The notes under the pieces were generated by a model. It did no database searches, was not told the origin of the DNA, and saw nothing but the letters and a program-made list of their open reading frames with translations. From Tubulanus polymorphus (Eukaryota > Animalia > Nemertea), in the NCBI RefSeq assembly GCF_964204645.1, contig NC_134028.1, positions 24,610,345 to 24,674,344 on the forward strand: 64,000 nt of DNA, given 5' to 3'. Shown here piece by piece: positions 13,626 to 27,854 of the stretch; within the stretch, counting starts at the first letter, position 1, and every line of letters starts with the position of its first letter. Position numbers and translations under genes: made by a program.

Positions 13626-16600
13626 CTAAAACGAAGCGACGCCGGATATTTTACGAATTTCTTCATAACTCAACCAGAAAATCAAAGACCACGGAGCCTG
13701 AAAATATATGAAATAAAAACGTTACACGTTACTTTTAGCTCGCATTAATTTTAAAACATACTTCGTTTTGTAAGAAAATTTCGAGAAAAAATTTACTTCT
13801 TTAACAATTTAACAACTGAATTAATGAAGATATCAGATTGATTTAAGAGTATAACTTGTTTTTGAAACTGGACTCTGAAAGTGTATGTCACAGGCCGGTT
13901 TTATAGACACGGACTCATTTTCTCAGTCAAGAGTTCAAATCTGTTCGTTTTCAATAATTCAACTCTTATACAAGTCAAATTTCAACTCAGTCTTATAAAA
14001 CCAGGCCAGAGTTTAATAACAATCCTGGTTCTATAAATATAGTTTCATAGCTTTAGGTTAGAATTTGACTAGGGTTGAAACATTAGATACGAACTCTAAC
14101 ATGATCTTTAGAAGTGGATCCCGCTCACTGGTATAAACTAATACTATTATAAAACCATACTCAAAGTTTGCGCAAGTACCCATTGAATTTTTCATTGACC
14201 CTGCTATTTCACAGCGTTCTTGATTTTTAAAAGCTGCACAAATATCTCGTTAACGTTACCAGAGAGTGAGCTCATAATATCAACATCAGAATTTGACAAA
14301 TGCGTAGCTAGTAGCGGAAATGTCTACAAGAAAATATGGCATGTTATCCGAAGAAAGCTAGCGTGCCGTAAAAAAAGGATACTGCCGGATAAGTGCGAAA
14401 GAAACCGGTTGAATTATACCCGGTGAATGTTTTTATTCCGATTCCGATGCCAAGCGACAAGTTGAAATAACAGATCAAATATACGCAAAAATATTACGAT
14501 ATTCTATTATTATAAATACGGAGAAAAAACCGATAGCAAGAAGTTCATATCGGTTTTTTGATACATCCTCGAGTGGTATATAGAATCTGATACGGGTAAT
14601 TCACTGGCGATTGCAACACATTGCAAGATGTTTCTTTCAACATTCAATCTACGAGGGGCATGTGAAGCAAACTGGTATTTGTAACAGCACTGAAAAGTGT
14701 GTAAAAGTACAGAACTCATAGCGAATAGTATTGAAATTAATATCAGGTGTAAGATTTTTGTCTTTCCTTTGAGCTACAATTTCTAGTCTAAAATCATCGA
14801 GTTTTCATATGAATCTTCTACCATTCGATCCTCCCCTGGCAGGGATTTGAACCTGATGGCATCGAAACCCTGCCACACTAGAACGTGCTCATATCCTTAT
14901 TCAAGATTCATACATTCATTCGAAAGTAATGAAATGCATTAGATGTTTACATACCAACTATCGATTACCAACAACAACACAAATATTTTAAAAATCCAAA
15001 AAAGAGCCTCAATCTCTCCTTGAAAGTCAACAGTGTTTTTTGCTTTTGTCTTCGCATGCGTCTAAGAAGTTGCTCGCGATGTTTTCTGTAGCGTTTGTGT
15101 CGGTTGATGAGACAATAAATGCACATGTTTGCAGCATAGATTCGACATTAAATCAGCAAATCATTCCACTGGTTATGGTTAGAATAAAGACTTAAAACCA
15201 TGACCTAACTCGATGTCTAGGACTCTATGAACACTTAAAGTTTCACTATTAGACCATGAAATTCGGTTGGAATCAAATACCACAAACTTCTTAAAAGATT
15301 AAAATGAAGGTTACTATGATTATATGACTATGAGCTTGAGTAGGGCTCCTAATATGAAAGCCATGGTTGAGAAAGCATATAATTCTTAGACACAAAACCG
15401 CATGAATTTCTTCTTTCATAAACAACAAAATCATACATGAAAACCTTCAAACTTCTTCTTGTCTTAATGAATTACTGATAGAGCTGTTACGTAGAAAACA
15501 TACGGACACTAAGAGAAACATCATAACTGAAAACTGACAGATGCAATTAACAGAAAATACCTCGATTGCACCGGTCTGTGAATGGTGTACCCTTTCTACA
15601 AACATCCAAGGTAAAAAGGTTATTTTTGTGCAACTTTCCAGTATTTAGCGGTGTAGCAATTTATCTCCCTTATACAAATACCGACTTAGACAATCCCTTG
15701 GATAATCCCTCAGATAATCCCCCTGTGATCGCTCAAATCCCCCTGATTGCTGCAATAATTACATTTTTACAATCTACTGCATTAAGGTACATTATTATAT
15801 ACGTGAAAATTCACAAAATATCTTGAAGAATATGACCAAGAAATTAACCCAATATACATCGTAACATAACGTATACAGGTAGCGTTGTAATTGAAGATGA
15901 ATTTATTTCTGTTGTGGTTTCGAGACGTGCAGCGGTGAAAGTGTCAGTCAGGTCGGAACGAACGTATTAAATCTATTACGGTTCACAGGTGTAGAACAGA
16001 CTGTAGTGGGGCACACGTGAGGTTCAACAAAAATACAGCAGGTAAAATCTGTTGAGTTGATGTTGTTTATAGCGGAACGGTTGTTGCCGCATAGAATGTA
16101 TTTACACCAACTTTCATAATACGCACAGAGGTTTTTTACTTCGAATGCAGCTAGTTCTACTGGTTATAACCGGGTATATGGTAGAATTATTAGTAATTCT
16201 ACTTTAGAACGATGAACAATTTTGAAGAAGAAATTCTTCGCAAACTTTCAATCATTTTTCTTCTGATACATGAAGTTCCATTTTGGTTATTGACTCAATT
16301 CATTCATATTCACTAAAACAAAACCCAAAATCGGTGCTCATTATAAGTAGTTCAGTATGCTATGGATATTCCTGTATCCTACTGAATAAAGAAAACATAA
16401 ATTTTGAAGTAAAGAATTTTAAAGATAGATGGAAAATAAATATTGAGTACAGTACATAGGTAGGCGAGGTCCGCAAGAAACGACACATAGGTGGAGTATA
16501 ATATTTCTTACCATTCTACTCCAGGTGGGCAACCATCCTTTATATAACGCGAGAAAACCTTCAGACTTCACGGTTTTGAGGAGACAGTCTAACGATGATG

Positions 16601-19600
16601 TGTAGGTCACACCTCTGAAATCATGAACAACCACTAAATACATGAAAGATGATTTACAAACTGATAGGTCGAGAAAGAAGTCCAGCTATTTGCTCTGTAT
16701 GCCTAGGAAATGAACCTATTTCAATTTTTAAGATAACATCTGTTGAACCCAGGTACCCCTAGAATCAAAGATAATAATCAGAAGCACTTTCTGACCAGTG
16801 TTTGCGGTAGGTTTATCAAGGCGCGCCTACAAAACTGACCCCCATCAATGACTCTAAAACCCTCGATGCAGTTTAACATGATGGTTAAATTGGCAACCGA
16901 ATGCAGGATTATTTCTGATGTAGCTGATAATTACTGTATGATTGAATGTAAAACATTTAGCTTTCTGTACTTGATAACTGTCGAGATAACTGAATACACG
17001 AAAGAAGGAAGGGCAGTTTGAACTAAGTACATCACGCACAGCTCAGTATAAACGCCAATATTAATTCACAATCAGTTCAAGGACAAATACTGAAAATTGG
17101 CAAGCTTCGAAATGCAGCCAATTCCATCGATCTCAGGTCTGGATAAATAAATACAGTTACATGATGATCGGATATCAAACTAACCTTACGAATTTCTAAA
17201 TCTTAAAAAGTGAAATTTATTTGGAAACTATTGAATCAGGGGGGCAGTTTCACAGAACAAAACTGAATGTTTCACTAGTCAAAATAACACTGTAATTGTA
17301 TTTGTACAAATGCCAGTGAAATCATTCTGTAAAACCGGCAAAAATTGGGAACCAGTTCTACATGTATGGTGTATAAAAACCTTCATCATTCAATGTTACA
17401 ATAATCATTTTTAAATTGCTGCGATTAAATACCGATTTAACCACAGGGAAACATGTTTCATTCTAATTAGAATCGATGCCACTTACTTGTATCCGTCTAA
17501 ATGAGAATTCATAATTCTAGTTTTGATGACGTCAGCGGGTGTACTTAACGTGGCTGCGACGAGTCCAGAACAACAACTGAATTCAGAAATAAATGACCAG
17601 CTAAATTACGATCTTACCTCAAAAATTATATTTTACTTATACCCGGTATATTCATATCTCTGGATTGACAGAGATGCCATCTAGTGGACATATCGAATAT
17701 TACAACTAGCAAAGCAACGTTACCTGGCAAGAAAATGTGTCATGTAGTTGTCTTTTAATTGAGTGTTCCGTAAAATGAAATGTTTTGCAGAATCGTACGT
17801 CGTAAGATCTGAAAATACATGAAGAATACGATTTTCCACCAAAAGTTTTTTTTTCAATGCGGCGCCTGGAGAACAAAATTTATTCGTAATTCAATGCTAA
17901 ATATTAAAACATTTTCTTTTTTCTAATCCGAGCTCTATATTCGTCCCGATGCATTTCAAACTGTGCAGTACTCTGATAATAATCAATGACTTATGAATAT
18001 TTCATTACATGATTTGGAGCTAGAGCTTCATGGCCGGGTGCATCGCATATCAAACTATCATCCATCTCGAGATATATAGCAGCAGTCACAGACGTTTTTA
18101 ATGAAATAGAAATACCAGGATTTGCGTCAACAAGACTAGCGCCAGATGCATGTCGAAAACATAGAATAAACAATATCAGGGGTCAGATCGATAAATTCGT
18201 GGAATTTTCACATCCTCCAAAAATCCAGCATCCAGTTCCAAAGTTCTGAGTTTACCCTAGATTTAAAACATTGATTCTAACTCTAACTCATAACTGTGGA
18301 ACTTGGCCCTGAATTTTCGACATTTTTTGTGGACCAGTCTGACCCCCTGCACACTTTTTAGAAATATATCCGTACCAAGCCGGATATATCGCAAAACAAG
18401 TTTTATCATTGATTATTATTAAAGAAGAGCAGTACAAATGGCTAATAGGATAATAAACTCTGGGAACAATATTAATTGGAATCAATACAGTGGTATTACC
18501 TACTCAATCATACAGCACAATATATAATTGTGTATATATATAGCAGAATAATATTGGATTTTATTGTTCTCACGTAAAAGCTTTACATCAATAAGTGACA
18601 ATACTTACCGCCCATATTCACTAATGCTGCTCTTTTGACGTTCGGTGCCCAGCCTTTCCATAGCCCTCGATAGCCACTGTTACGAACGATCTTTTTGAAA
18701 GCGTGCAACGGACTCTTCACCCTTATAGAAAATACATTCATACAAGGAAAATTTTGAAATACAAGCACAGTAAAATTCACTGAGTGGACTGGATACAGAT
18801 TTGAAAAGCAGGGAACAACTCAATAGCGATGGGACTACAGACTGCTCTAAATATTTTACCAACTGGGCTGGAAACTCAGTGACCTTAGAACTGATTTAAA
18901 TATTTCACCGAGTTGACTGGATACAGAGTTGAGAATCACTCAAATATAGATTTACCCACTAAAGGAGTTTAACGAGTTGACTAGTACTTAGAGTTAGGAG
19001 TACTGGTAAATCTTTACATGAAGACTGCATTGAATGGGGAACTAGGAAAAATCAATAAGCACACATAAACAATCTGCCAATGCGATTTGATATCCTTTCA
19101 ATCTGTACACAACAAATCCGTAATCTTCTAACTACATACGATATGTTAGCCTGCATACGGCACCATTCATGCACAAAAACCAGAAAGGGTGACAGATGTT
19201 TAATGTCTACACACAGTAAACTGTTACAGTTTGAATTTCTAGGAGAAACTCTCGATATCAAAACAGATTGTGTTAATTACGCCAGCAGCAGATTCAACTC
19301 ACCGAGGTTTTTTGCCTTCCAATCGGCGTCTGCCTTCCATTTGTAGCTGAACTTTGATCAGATCGGTCGGACTGGCAAAGAATTGCGCGAGGCCCCCCGC
19401 AGTTAGACCACCGACTATTGCTTTCCTGAAAATTAAAAGTGTTTGGAAATATTTCACTAGAAATTAGAAATATGATCAGCTTGGTCCGGTTCCACAGTTG
19501 TGAATTAAGATTTAACTCGGAGTTAACTCATTGAAAAAACTCTTAACTCACAAATGTGGAACTGTGGGTCCAGACTTTCAAAACTGAACATCCACACTTC

Positions 19601-21488
19601 ACACTACAAACACTGAATCTCTGAGGGGATCTTGCTGTGGATTGATACTTCATGAAGCCAATATCAACTATATGTAATTCAAAATTTTGAAATTTGAACT
19701 TATATCAAAATCTGGCCCCAGCTGCGTGAAAAATAATGTTTTACTCACCAAACTGGAAATGAACCATCTGGCTTTTTGCCCAGTATATCGTCACGTAAAA
19801 CCTCGTAGAAGGCCATCCGACATCCCGTATATACTGAAACAACAAAACAACAATGTGTTACCACTCACCGAGAAAAACATGATTTTCATTCACAAACTTG
19901 TACAGATTTTTGACGCTGTATAAATTGTTTTTTTCACACATTGGTAACTGGGGTAGCTTGTGAGATTGGATGTGCGCAAAGTCATCGATATTGGTGCCTT
20001 TCGAAATAACAGTAACAATTGTGAATTATTTTTGCATTTTTTTGTCTGCAATTCAATTTCATGACACGTATATATTTTCTATCTAATAAATTTCATATAT
20101 TTTTAAAACTGAGGGCGGAACTACACAGAACCCCAATAGAGGCCTTCCACTTGGCTGCTGGCTGGACCCCGCCCTTCCAATTTTCTTAAATCCACCCCTG
20201 TTAAGCTATTAGGATATAGTCGAAACGTTGAATAAACTACTAGCTTCTACTACTGTTTTTTCGATATTATTGTGGGATTCTCTCTATCTAAGCGATATGT
20301 AAATTTTCAAGTCGTCAATAGTTCGTTTTCTGGTTACCTATGTGTCTGTATATTGCTGGAGTAACACCTTGCCATAATCTAAGCGTTCCTTCTTCCCGAA
20401 CTGAAAAAAAGGTTGGAAAACAAAAGTTCATCACATGTCGTAGGGCGTACGTGATGTACTCAATAATCACTGATAAAATAATGTTTCTTTTCGAAATGAA
20501 ATCGAAAAACGACGTAAAAAGACTCGAATGTCAGATGTCGTTGATATTGCCACATCTTGTCACGGTACGGTCTGATCTTATCTCTCGTTGATAGGACTGT
20601 GATAAGAGGTCAATGACGTAAGTTTTGTGACAAATGTCAGACAAAACAACGAAGAAGTCTGATGGAAATTTTTCTACCTATTCCGAGTGCGGTATCTACC
20701 ATGCCCCGATGAGGCCCGTTCGGTCTGATCTTATCTCTCGTTGATAGGACTGTGATAAGAGGTCAATGACATAAGTTTTGTGACAAATGTCAGACAAAAC
20801 AACGAAGAAGTCTGATGGAAATTTTTTTACCTATTCCGAGTGCAGTATCTACCATGCCCCGATGAGGCCCGTGTTGTTTCGCGTATAATTCTCCCTGGAC
20901 CTGCAGACGTGTTTTAGTCAAATCCAGAGGATACGTTACTGAAATATCGAATAGCATGAAATTATCGAAAATGATCAAAACGGGCATTCCGGTTTAAAAA
21001 ATAGTTAAATAAATGACAGATCGAATAGGATGGATAGATTCCTGATTTAAGAAAACATAAAATAAAATTTAAAAAGTGCAATAAGGCTATATTATAAGAA
21101 AAAATAAAACGATTAAAAAAAACAAAAACCACCTTAAAACTTAGATCAATAATGGAGAGCCCTAATTTCGAGTTTGAATGGCTGCTTTACCTGTTTACAG
21201 CGAATGTCATTTTAATTTCAGCCCTTTGAATTGATAGTTAGGCCCTATTCAAAATAAGGAAACCCTTACACCAACTATTAATTAATACCCTTATATCAGA
21301 ATGTCATTTGACATAGCAGCAGCAGAGATGAGATGAACCAAGTTTCTGAATGAAAGTTCATGCTTACCAGTCTCTGATACGGTTGCTGCTACACATGACA
21401 GCGCGTATTTTAAAGTGAATGCCCTCACTCGATCCTGTCTGGATACAGTAGCCGGTTTTCTGGGCTGTGACGATACGCTTAGAGCCAT
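13626..21488 (-). CDS. SLC25A27: Mitochondrial uncoupling protein 4 (SLC25 carrier); exons 21368-21488, 20831-20938, 20338-20400, 19749-19833, 19303-19425, 18609-18721, 17724-17808, 17487-17576, 16512-16614, 13626-13697
   Basis: Three carrier motifs ([33 protein letters not shown]) plus UCP4-typical [43 protein letters not shown] and [17 protein letters not shown]. Phases are consistent through to TAG. Confidence 0.95.
14830..14886 (-). mobile_element. tRNA-like SINE head fragment (second copy at ~48015-48092, +)
   Basis: Both copies share tctagtgtggcagggttt...catcaggttc(g/a)aatccctgcc with a Pol III B-box-like GGTTCRAATCC. Neither folds into a canonical cloverleaf. Confidence 0.55.
20568..20872. 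repeat. 153-bp tandem duplication spanning the UCP4 exon 2 3' end and the start of intron 2
   Basis: 20568-20719 and 20721-20872 are near-identical. Confidence 0.95.
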
Positions 21489-22651
21489 GGTTCACTTCAC
21501 ACACCGCTGTCAGTCAGTTACACAAGTTACACAGTAACACAGTTCTCTAAATAGTCAGCTGTTACGGATGGGACACCGGCGCGGAATCCCACCAGCCCGC
21601 TAGGCGGTGCTCTGGTAGATTCTGGGGCTAAATAAAATGAAATATTGTTAGAAACATAAAAACCAAGAACCGATGATTCTATTAGCTACCCGTAATTAGC
21701 AGTTGTGATGAATTCATCATCATGTTGAAACTTAACATGGTTAACCACTGTAAACTGCTTGGAAAAGATGTACCGTACCTCTAAACCCTGAAAATACAGT
21801 TTCTTGTGCACGCGCCCCACAGCCACATTCTCCTGACATTTTCTGCTTATTAATTCCTTCCCGAATTAATAGTCAGTAATCTGTTTGTGGTTTACTTTCA
21901 CGATCAGATATTTTCACTCCTAGGATGCTGGGTCGAATCTTCCCCAGCCAGGTATCGTGACAAGCCCTGGCCCTGGTGCATCCGATTATAAAGGCTCACC
22001 ACTGAAAAGCTTTCCTATTTGTTCTGGCGCCATAATGAATTACTTTTGTTCTTTGACTGGATGAATGACAATTTCTATTTTTCAGAATTTGGATTCGAGC
22101 CCTAGTTGCTTCGCAACGCAGTTTTTCTTCATGCTGTTGACATTCGGTAAACATTTCATCAATAATTTCTCGGGATTGTGAGATATTTCTGTCAAAGCGT
22201 ATCAAACATGTATCATTTAGGTAAGTGAAACTGACTTGTGATACCAGAAATGAGTTAATCACAGTTAAATCAGTGGTACTGACTACATAAAATGATGGAG
22301 GCTTCATATCTATTGATATCTTTGTTTCCATAATCTCTGTTGCTATACAGGCGCCCTATGACTCCTTGATTCATTAAAAACCCCATCTAAGCTGATTTGT
22401 AAGGTCACTGTTGTGTTATAACAACAGTGAGTTGAGTTCATTTTGGTAGTAAATTCCTGATATCAGTCTGAAAATGACCAGCGCCGATGTGTAGCAGAAA
22501 TCAGACATCGATGTTCAATCTGTTTTACACTGTAGGCCAAAGGTCTTCGAAAAAGTCTTCTTTTACTCGATTAGTTGAATCTAAGAAAAGAAAAGTACTA
22601 CCAACGTTCAGTGAAACAGATTGAAATAGAATTCATTGTTATTTAATTCAG

Positions 22652-25600
22652 AAGTGACTGGTGCTTCTATAAAACAGTGTTTGAAATCGTATCCTGATTT
22701 ATTGGATGAGTTTGTGATTCTTGCTGACCGGGATACGTGGAAGAGATGGGTTGAAAAACGACAGAATTCGATACCAGGTATTATCAGAAAAATCAATATA
22801 TCGATCTCCTTCAGAATCGATGAAGTGTGGCCCTATCCCAAACTCTATTCGAACAAAATAAGATCAGGACGATTGTGATACAGTCAAACCAGCTTTAATT
22901 CTGATCAGTTAAACCCGGATTTTAGTATGATCAATCTATGGACATGTGTAAAATATGATGTTTAATCCAGATTTCTCATTAACTGGATGAATTTCGTCAG
23001 GCCCATATGATCTAAATCAACACCGGTTTGACTATAAAACAAATCAATTTTCATGACCTTAAAACATGTTTTTTGTTGCGTTTTTCTAAAAGGTTTTGAA
23101 AACAGCAATGAAATACTAGTTAATGGTGTTGCTCGTCCAAAGATACAATCGGTCTGGTCTCAGAATGAAAATTGCAATTCCGATGGACAGTTCAACAATG
23201 CAAATACTACAGGTAACAAAATAGCTTTACACCAGGGGTAGACTTACACATGAACAATGAAACAAAGAGGGCATATACATAGCTGAAAAGAGCAGAGAGA
23301 GAGCGCCGAGCCAAAACGATTCCGAGAGATTTAGAGATCCCAGTGCATTTTCAAGGCACGTTGAGCGAAATTAAAGAAAATAGTTGCGGAATCTTGTGCA
23401 TCGGACTGTTTATTTATCATTTGTGGGTGGAAACAGTACCCTGAAAAAAAATTACCATGGTATTTTCAAAAGGGCACAGTTGAATTGCGACTGGAGCACG
23501 TGTCTGGATCCGCCCTCATTCGCTGCCAGTTGATTAGTATTTAAAACTGTAAATCGATTATTCCCAGAAGTTGATCTGTAACTGTGATATCACTGAATGT
23601 CAAAAAATTAAGAATATTTTCGATATATTGCTTACCAGATGAAGATATCAATCCAAATGTGATCAAAACTGAAGTGTCACAATCTATTGAAAATTTAGAT
23701 GAAGATGAATTTGATGATTTCGAAGAAAGTAAGTGCCAGTACTCGGGGTTCAATATTCTCACGCATATCCCGGTTATTAATTTATTTCTTTGTTTGTTTT
23801 CGTATCGGTTTCTGAGTTTTGTTTTTATCTATTTCAGTTTCCGCCGATGAATTCGATGATGAAGAGCTTCAAAAGGCGATACTGCCACTCGGTGATATAA
23901 AATTATCAGGTAAATATGTCGCCTTTGCCTTTGAGTTAGAGCTCTATTGATTTTGACTACGTCAAACTTTACATTATAAGGAACCAGTGTCGGCCAGCTG
24001 ATGAATGGATAATTTAGAAAATTTGATAATTTCCTGACTTAATTGGTACGGAATTGGAAACAGTTAGCTGCAATTAAAGATCTATTGAAAAGTCAAATAC
24101 GTCCATAACTTGGCACCCACTTGCCTCACCAACCTTTTAACAATTTACAAACCATCAGTCGGAACACTTGTTACGATCTGGTTACGATCTTCATTTCAGA
24201 TCGAGAGAAAGCCAAACTTCGTCTGTACAAGTGTAAGGTTTGCTCGGAGAAATTTTCGTATAAATCGAGTTTATTGGAGCACCGTGTGACTCATTCGAAA
24301 TTTCAACGACCGCACAAGTGCGACGTCTGTCTAAAAGCATTCCGGTTTAAACAGAATTTAAACAGCCACAAACAACGCATGCATTCGTCTGATACACCGT
24401 TAGAATGTCTGGAGTGCGGAAAAACATTTAAAGTAAGTTATTTTGATTTTGAAATTGTTTCATCTATGCTCAGCTTTTTGCTATCCTGCCCTGAGTCATG
24501 CGAACAATGAATACAATCAGGACAATTGCCCCCAGGTTAACAATTTAAACTTACTTTTGAGCTAAAATGTTTTCATGAATTTGAACCCTGATCTGCTTAG
24601 GTAACAGTCATTAACAATTGCAGGTTATTACTCAATGTTTCCTTTGATTTGGCAAATAAATTACAACCATGAGAAAGCATAGAAAATGGGGGGAGGCAGT
24701 TGTCTGGGAATTATGTTTTGACAAGACATTGAAAAATGTGGAGGGGCAATAGTTCTAGAAGGCAGTTGTTAAGGGGTATAGTACAATCCTATAATTTGTG
24801 AAAGTCAAATAAGTACAGCAGCGTATATTCATAATATCTACACTTCAATGTAATTCCTTTGAAAAATGAATGTCTGTGACTATGGTTTTAGATGATCGAA
24901 GATCTGCGTCTGCACCAGCGTATACACACCGGCTTGAAACCGTTCACGTGCGAAGTTTGTAAGAAGACGTTTCGACAGAAGGCGCACCTGAAATACCACG
25001 AACGTACGCACACCGGCGTTAAACCTTATAACTGCCCCGTCTGCCAGCGAGCGTTCGCGTACAAGTGCGCGTTGACCGCCCACATGCGTATACACACCGG
25101 ACAAAAACCATACCACTGCAATCAGTGCGATAAATCATTCCGGGAAAAATGTAAATTGATCGTAAGTACAAAAAACATGAAGCCATCAGTCTCTTTTCAA
25201 TCAGGGTTCATGGTTTTGAATCTCGATGGTTAAAGGTCATTGGTTTCTCTTGATCTAGGATTTATGACTTTGACTCCTGATGGTGAAGGCCATCAGTCAC
25301 TGCTTTCTCATCAATCTTGATGAGATTCTTGATGAATATCAAGAATCATCAATCAACCTCCTGCGTAAACAATATCCTGAATGAGGGAAAAAACAATATC
25401 TATTTATGATTCTTGATATTTGATAAGTAAACTTTTTAAGAAGATTTGTTTTTCTGTTTTGTCTGTAGGTTCATCAGAGATGTCACTCTGGCGAGCGTCC
25501 ATACGTTTGTGAGATTTGTGGCAAGACATTCGCGCAAGCGGGGAACCTTCGATCTCACAAACTCACTCACAGCCAAGTGAAAGCTTACAAATGTCAAAGT

Positions 25601-27629
25601 TGTGAGATGAGATTCACTCAGTTGGTAAGAAATTGATCAATTCTTGTGATTCATACTTCAACGAATTCGAATTATCAACTTTTCTGGAAGATGCCAGGAT
25701 AAAATCTTTTAATCGATCAAATAATGATAGTAATAATGATAATTGATTATCTAACATCTCTTTAAATTCATGAACTGATCTCAAAGCTGAAATGTTCTTG
25801 GAATTTCTTAATCAATCAAATAACGATGATTATACCAATTATTCAAATGAGCTTTTCAATAAAACGATGCCAATGCTCTTTACAAAATATGTTTCTAAAA
25901 AGTAAGGTCATAAAATTCTTTGAATCGGTGAAATGCTTTGAAATCGCAGAACAATCATTTGTCCACGAGATCTGAGGCAAGTGGAGTCTATTATAGTAGC
26001 CTTTATCAAATAAGGAGGTAATTGAATAATTTGTTTATTTATTTTTTTCAGTCGGGTCTGAAATATCACAGTCGCATTCACTCGGGTGAAAAACCGTTTC
26101 AGTGCCAGATCTGCGACAAATCGTTCCGCAACAGTTCGACGCTGAAAATACACATGCGTTGGCATAACGACGAAAAACCGTATCATTGCGACGACTGCGG
26201 CAAGTCGTTCCGTCAACTCTGCCATCTTCGAAGCCACCAGCGCCAACACAAAGGCGAAAAGAACTACGCGTGCGAGGTGTGCGCGAAGAAATTCACGAAT
26301 CCGCTTTATGTGAAAGTGCACATGCGTATTCACACCGGGGAACGTCCGTACGCGTGCGAGACATGCGGAGAGAAATTCAGATATCTGAAAAAGATGCAAG
26401 AACATAAAAAACTGAAACACGATCCGTTGAAAACCGAGTCTGAAGCGGACCGGGCGAAAATCGCGTCCGGTAAGAGCGGCGTTATCGAAACTGCGAATAA
26501 AAAGAAACCGATTCGGAAAATGAAAAAAGAGACTGCGAATAAAACACGTCGAAATAATAATCCGGAAGAAACGCCGAGGAGAAAGAGGACTCCGACTGCT
26601 AAGGCGATTGAAACAGCCGAGATTACTCCGAGTTCTGCGAAAACGAAAACAGCATCCTCCGCGAAAAAGACTCCCGGCAACAACGGTGCAAAAACTACTA
26701 AAAAACCTACCCCCGCCACTGTGAAAGCAGGTAAAATAACTCCCGGTGATAAATCTGCGAAAATGACTAAAGAAACTCCCCCCGCTGCGAAGGGGGGAAA
26801 GAAAACTTCCGATTCATCGGTTACTTTGATGAAAATGTATCACTGTGATATTTGCGCGAAGGTTTATGGTCGTAAAGGTCACTTCGATAATCACATGCGA
26901 ACACACGAATCAGCCGGTGAAGCTCGTGCAGAGCAAACTACCGCCGATCGAAAGACTCCACAGAAAACGACGAAAGCTAATCAAAAGAAATCATCTTCAC
27001 CGAAGAAAAGGAAAAGTAAAGTTATCAAAGTTGCGATCGTTCGTGGGAATAAGAACGACTCGTTGACCGAGCCGACCACGACCACCGCCGCAGGTGAGGT
27101 CCCTCGTGAAGAACCGGCGTCCGGTGTGGTTAAAACCGAACCAGTGTTTCTGTGCGGTTTATGTCCAGAGAGTTTTGTCACGGAAACGGAATTCGAACAT
27201 CACGTTCGAACGCACGGCGCCGTTCTGTTCGAGTGTAACGCGTGCGCTCGCACCTACAACACGTTGTTCGATTTACAACAACATCATTTAGAACACGCGG
27301 CTGTGATACACGCAACCGAGGTTGTATGTTCACCCGAGATGGATGCGTGTTGGGGCTGTTCGTCGTGCGACGCTAAATACCCGTCATACGACGAGCTACA
27401 GCGCCACCACTCCGAATACCACGGTCAGGTTATCGCGCAGGTCGCTGCCGATCTGCAGCCCGTTGTTGCCTCGGCAATTCAAGAAAATTCCATCGGAGAC
27501 GTAGGAACAACTGAGGATAATATGACCAATTTAGGAAATGGAGTTACTCATACTATAGTACAAGTTAGCAGTTCTTGTTTGAACAATGACTTATCGACTT
27601 TTGTTTTGAACGCCACAGACTTTAACTAG
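22652..27629 (+). CDS. C2H2 zinc-finger protein (~16 fingers); exons 22652-22777, 23093-23212, 23639-23728, 23838-23909, 24200-24432, 24892-25161, 25469-25624, 26052-27629; start codon upstream not resolved
   Basis: Twelve tandem C2H2 fingers with TGEKP-type linkers, then a Lys/Thr/Pro-rich linker and four dispersed fingers. GT-AG junctions keep frame, including introns within fingers 3, 6 and 8. Confidence 0.9.
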
Positions 27630-27688
27630 ATTTAAATGCAGGGCTACCAACCCTTCCTGATTTTCAGAACCAGGTTTTTTGTTGCTAT

Positions 27689-27854
27689 AGGGGGTCATTC
27701 ATTTATTACGTACGCATTAAGGGAGGGGGAGGGGGTCAGTGCAATTGCGTACTGTAATGCCTAATGTATATGAAAAAATGGCCCATTTTGCGTATAGAGG
27801 GGGAGGGGGGAGTTGAAAATTTCAAATTTTATGCGAACGTAAAAAATGATCCCT
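27689..27854. mobile_element. PIF/Harbinger-like MITE in the zinc-finger 3' flank
   Basis: Left end aggggg tcattcatttattacgtacgc and degenerate right end gcgaacgtaaaaaatgatccct, with internal G-tracts. Confidence 0.55.

Noticed and set aside
21996-22331. 111-aa minus-strand ORF upstream of UCP4
   Set aside because: No recognisable homology and splicing to the UCP4 first coding exon hits a stop; at most a uORF.
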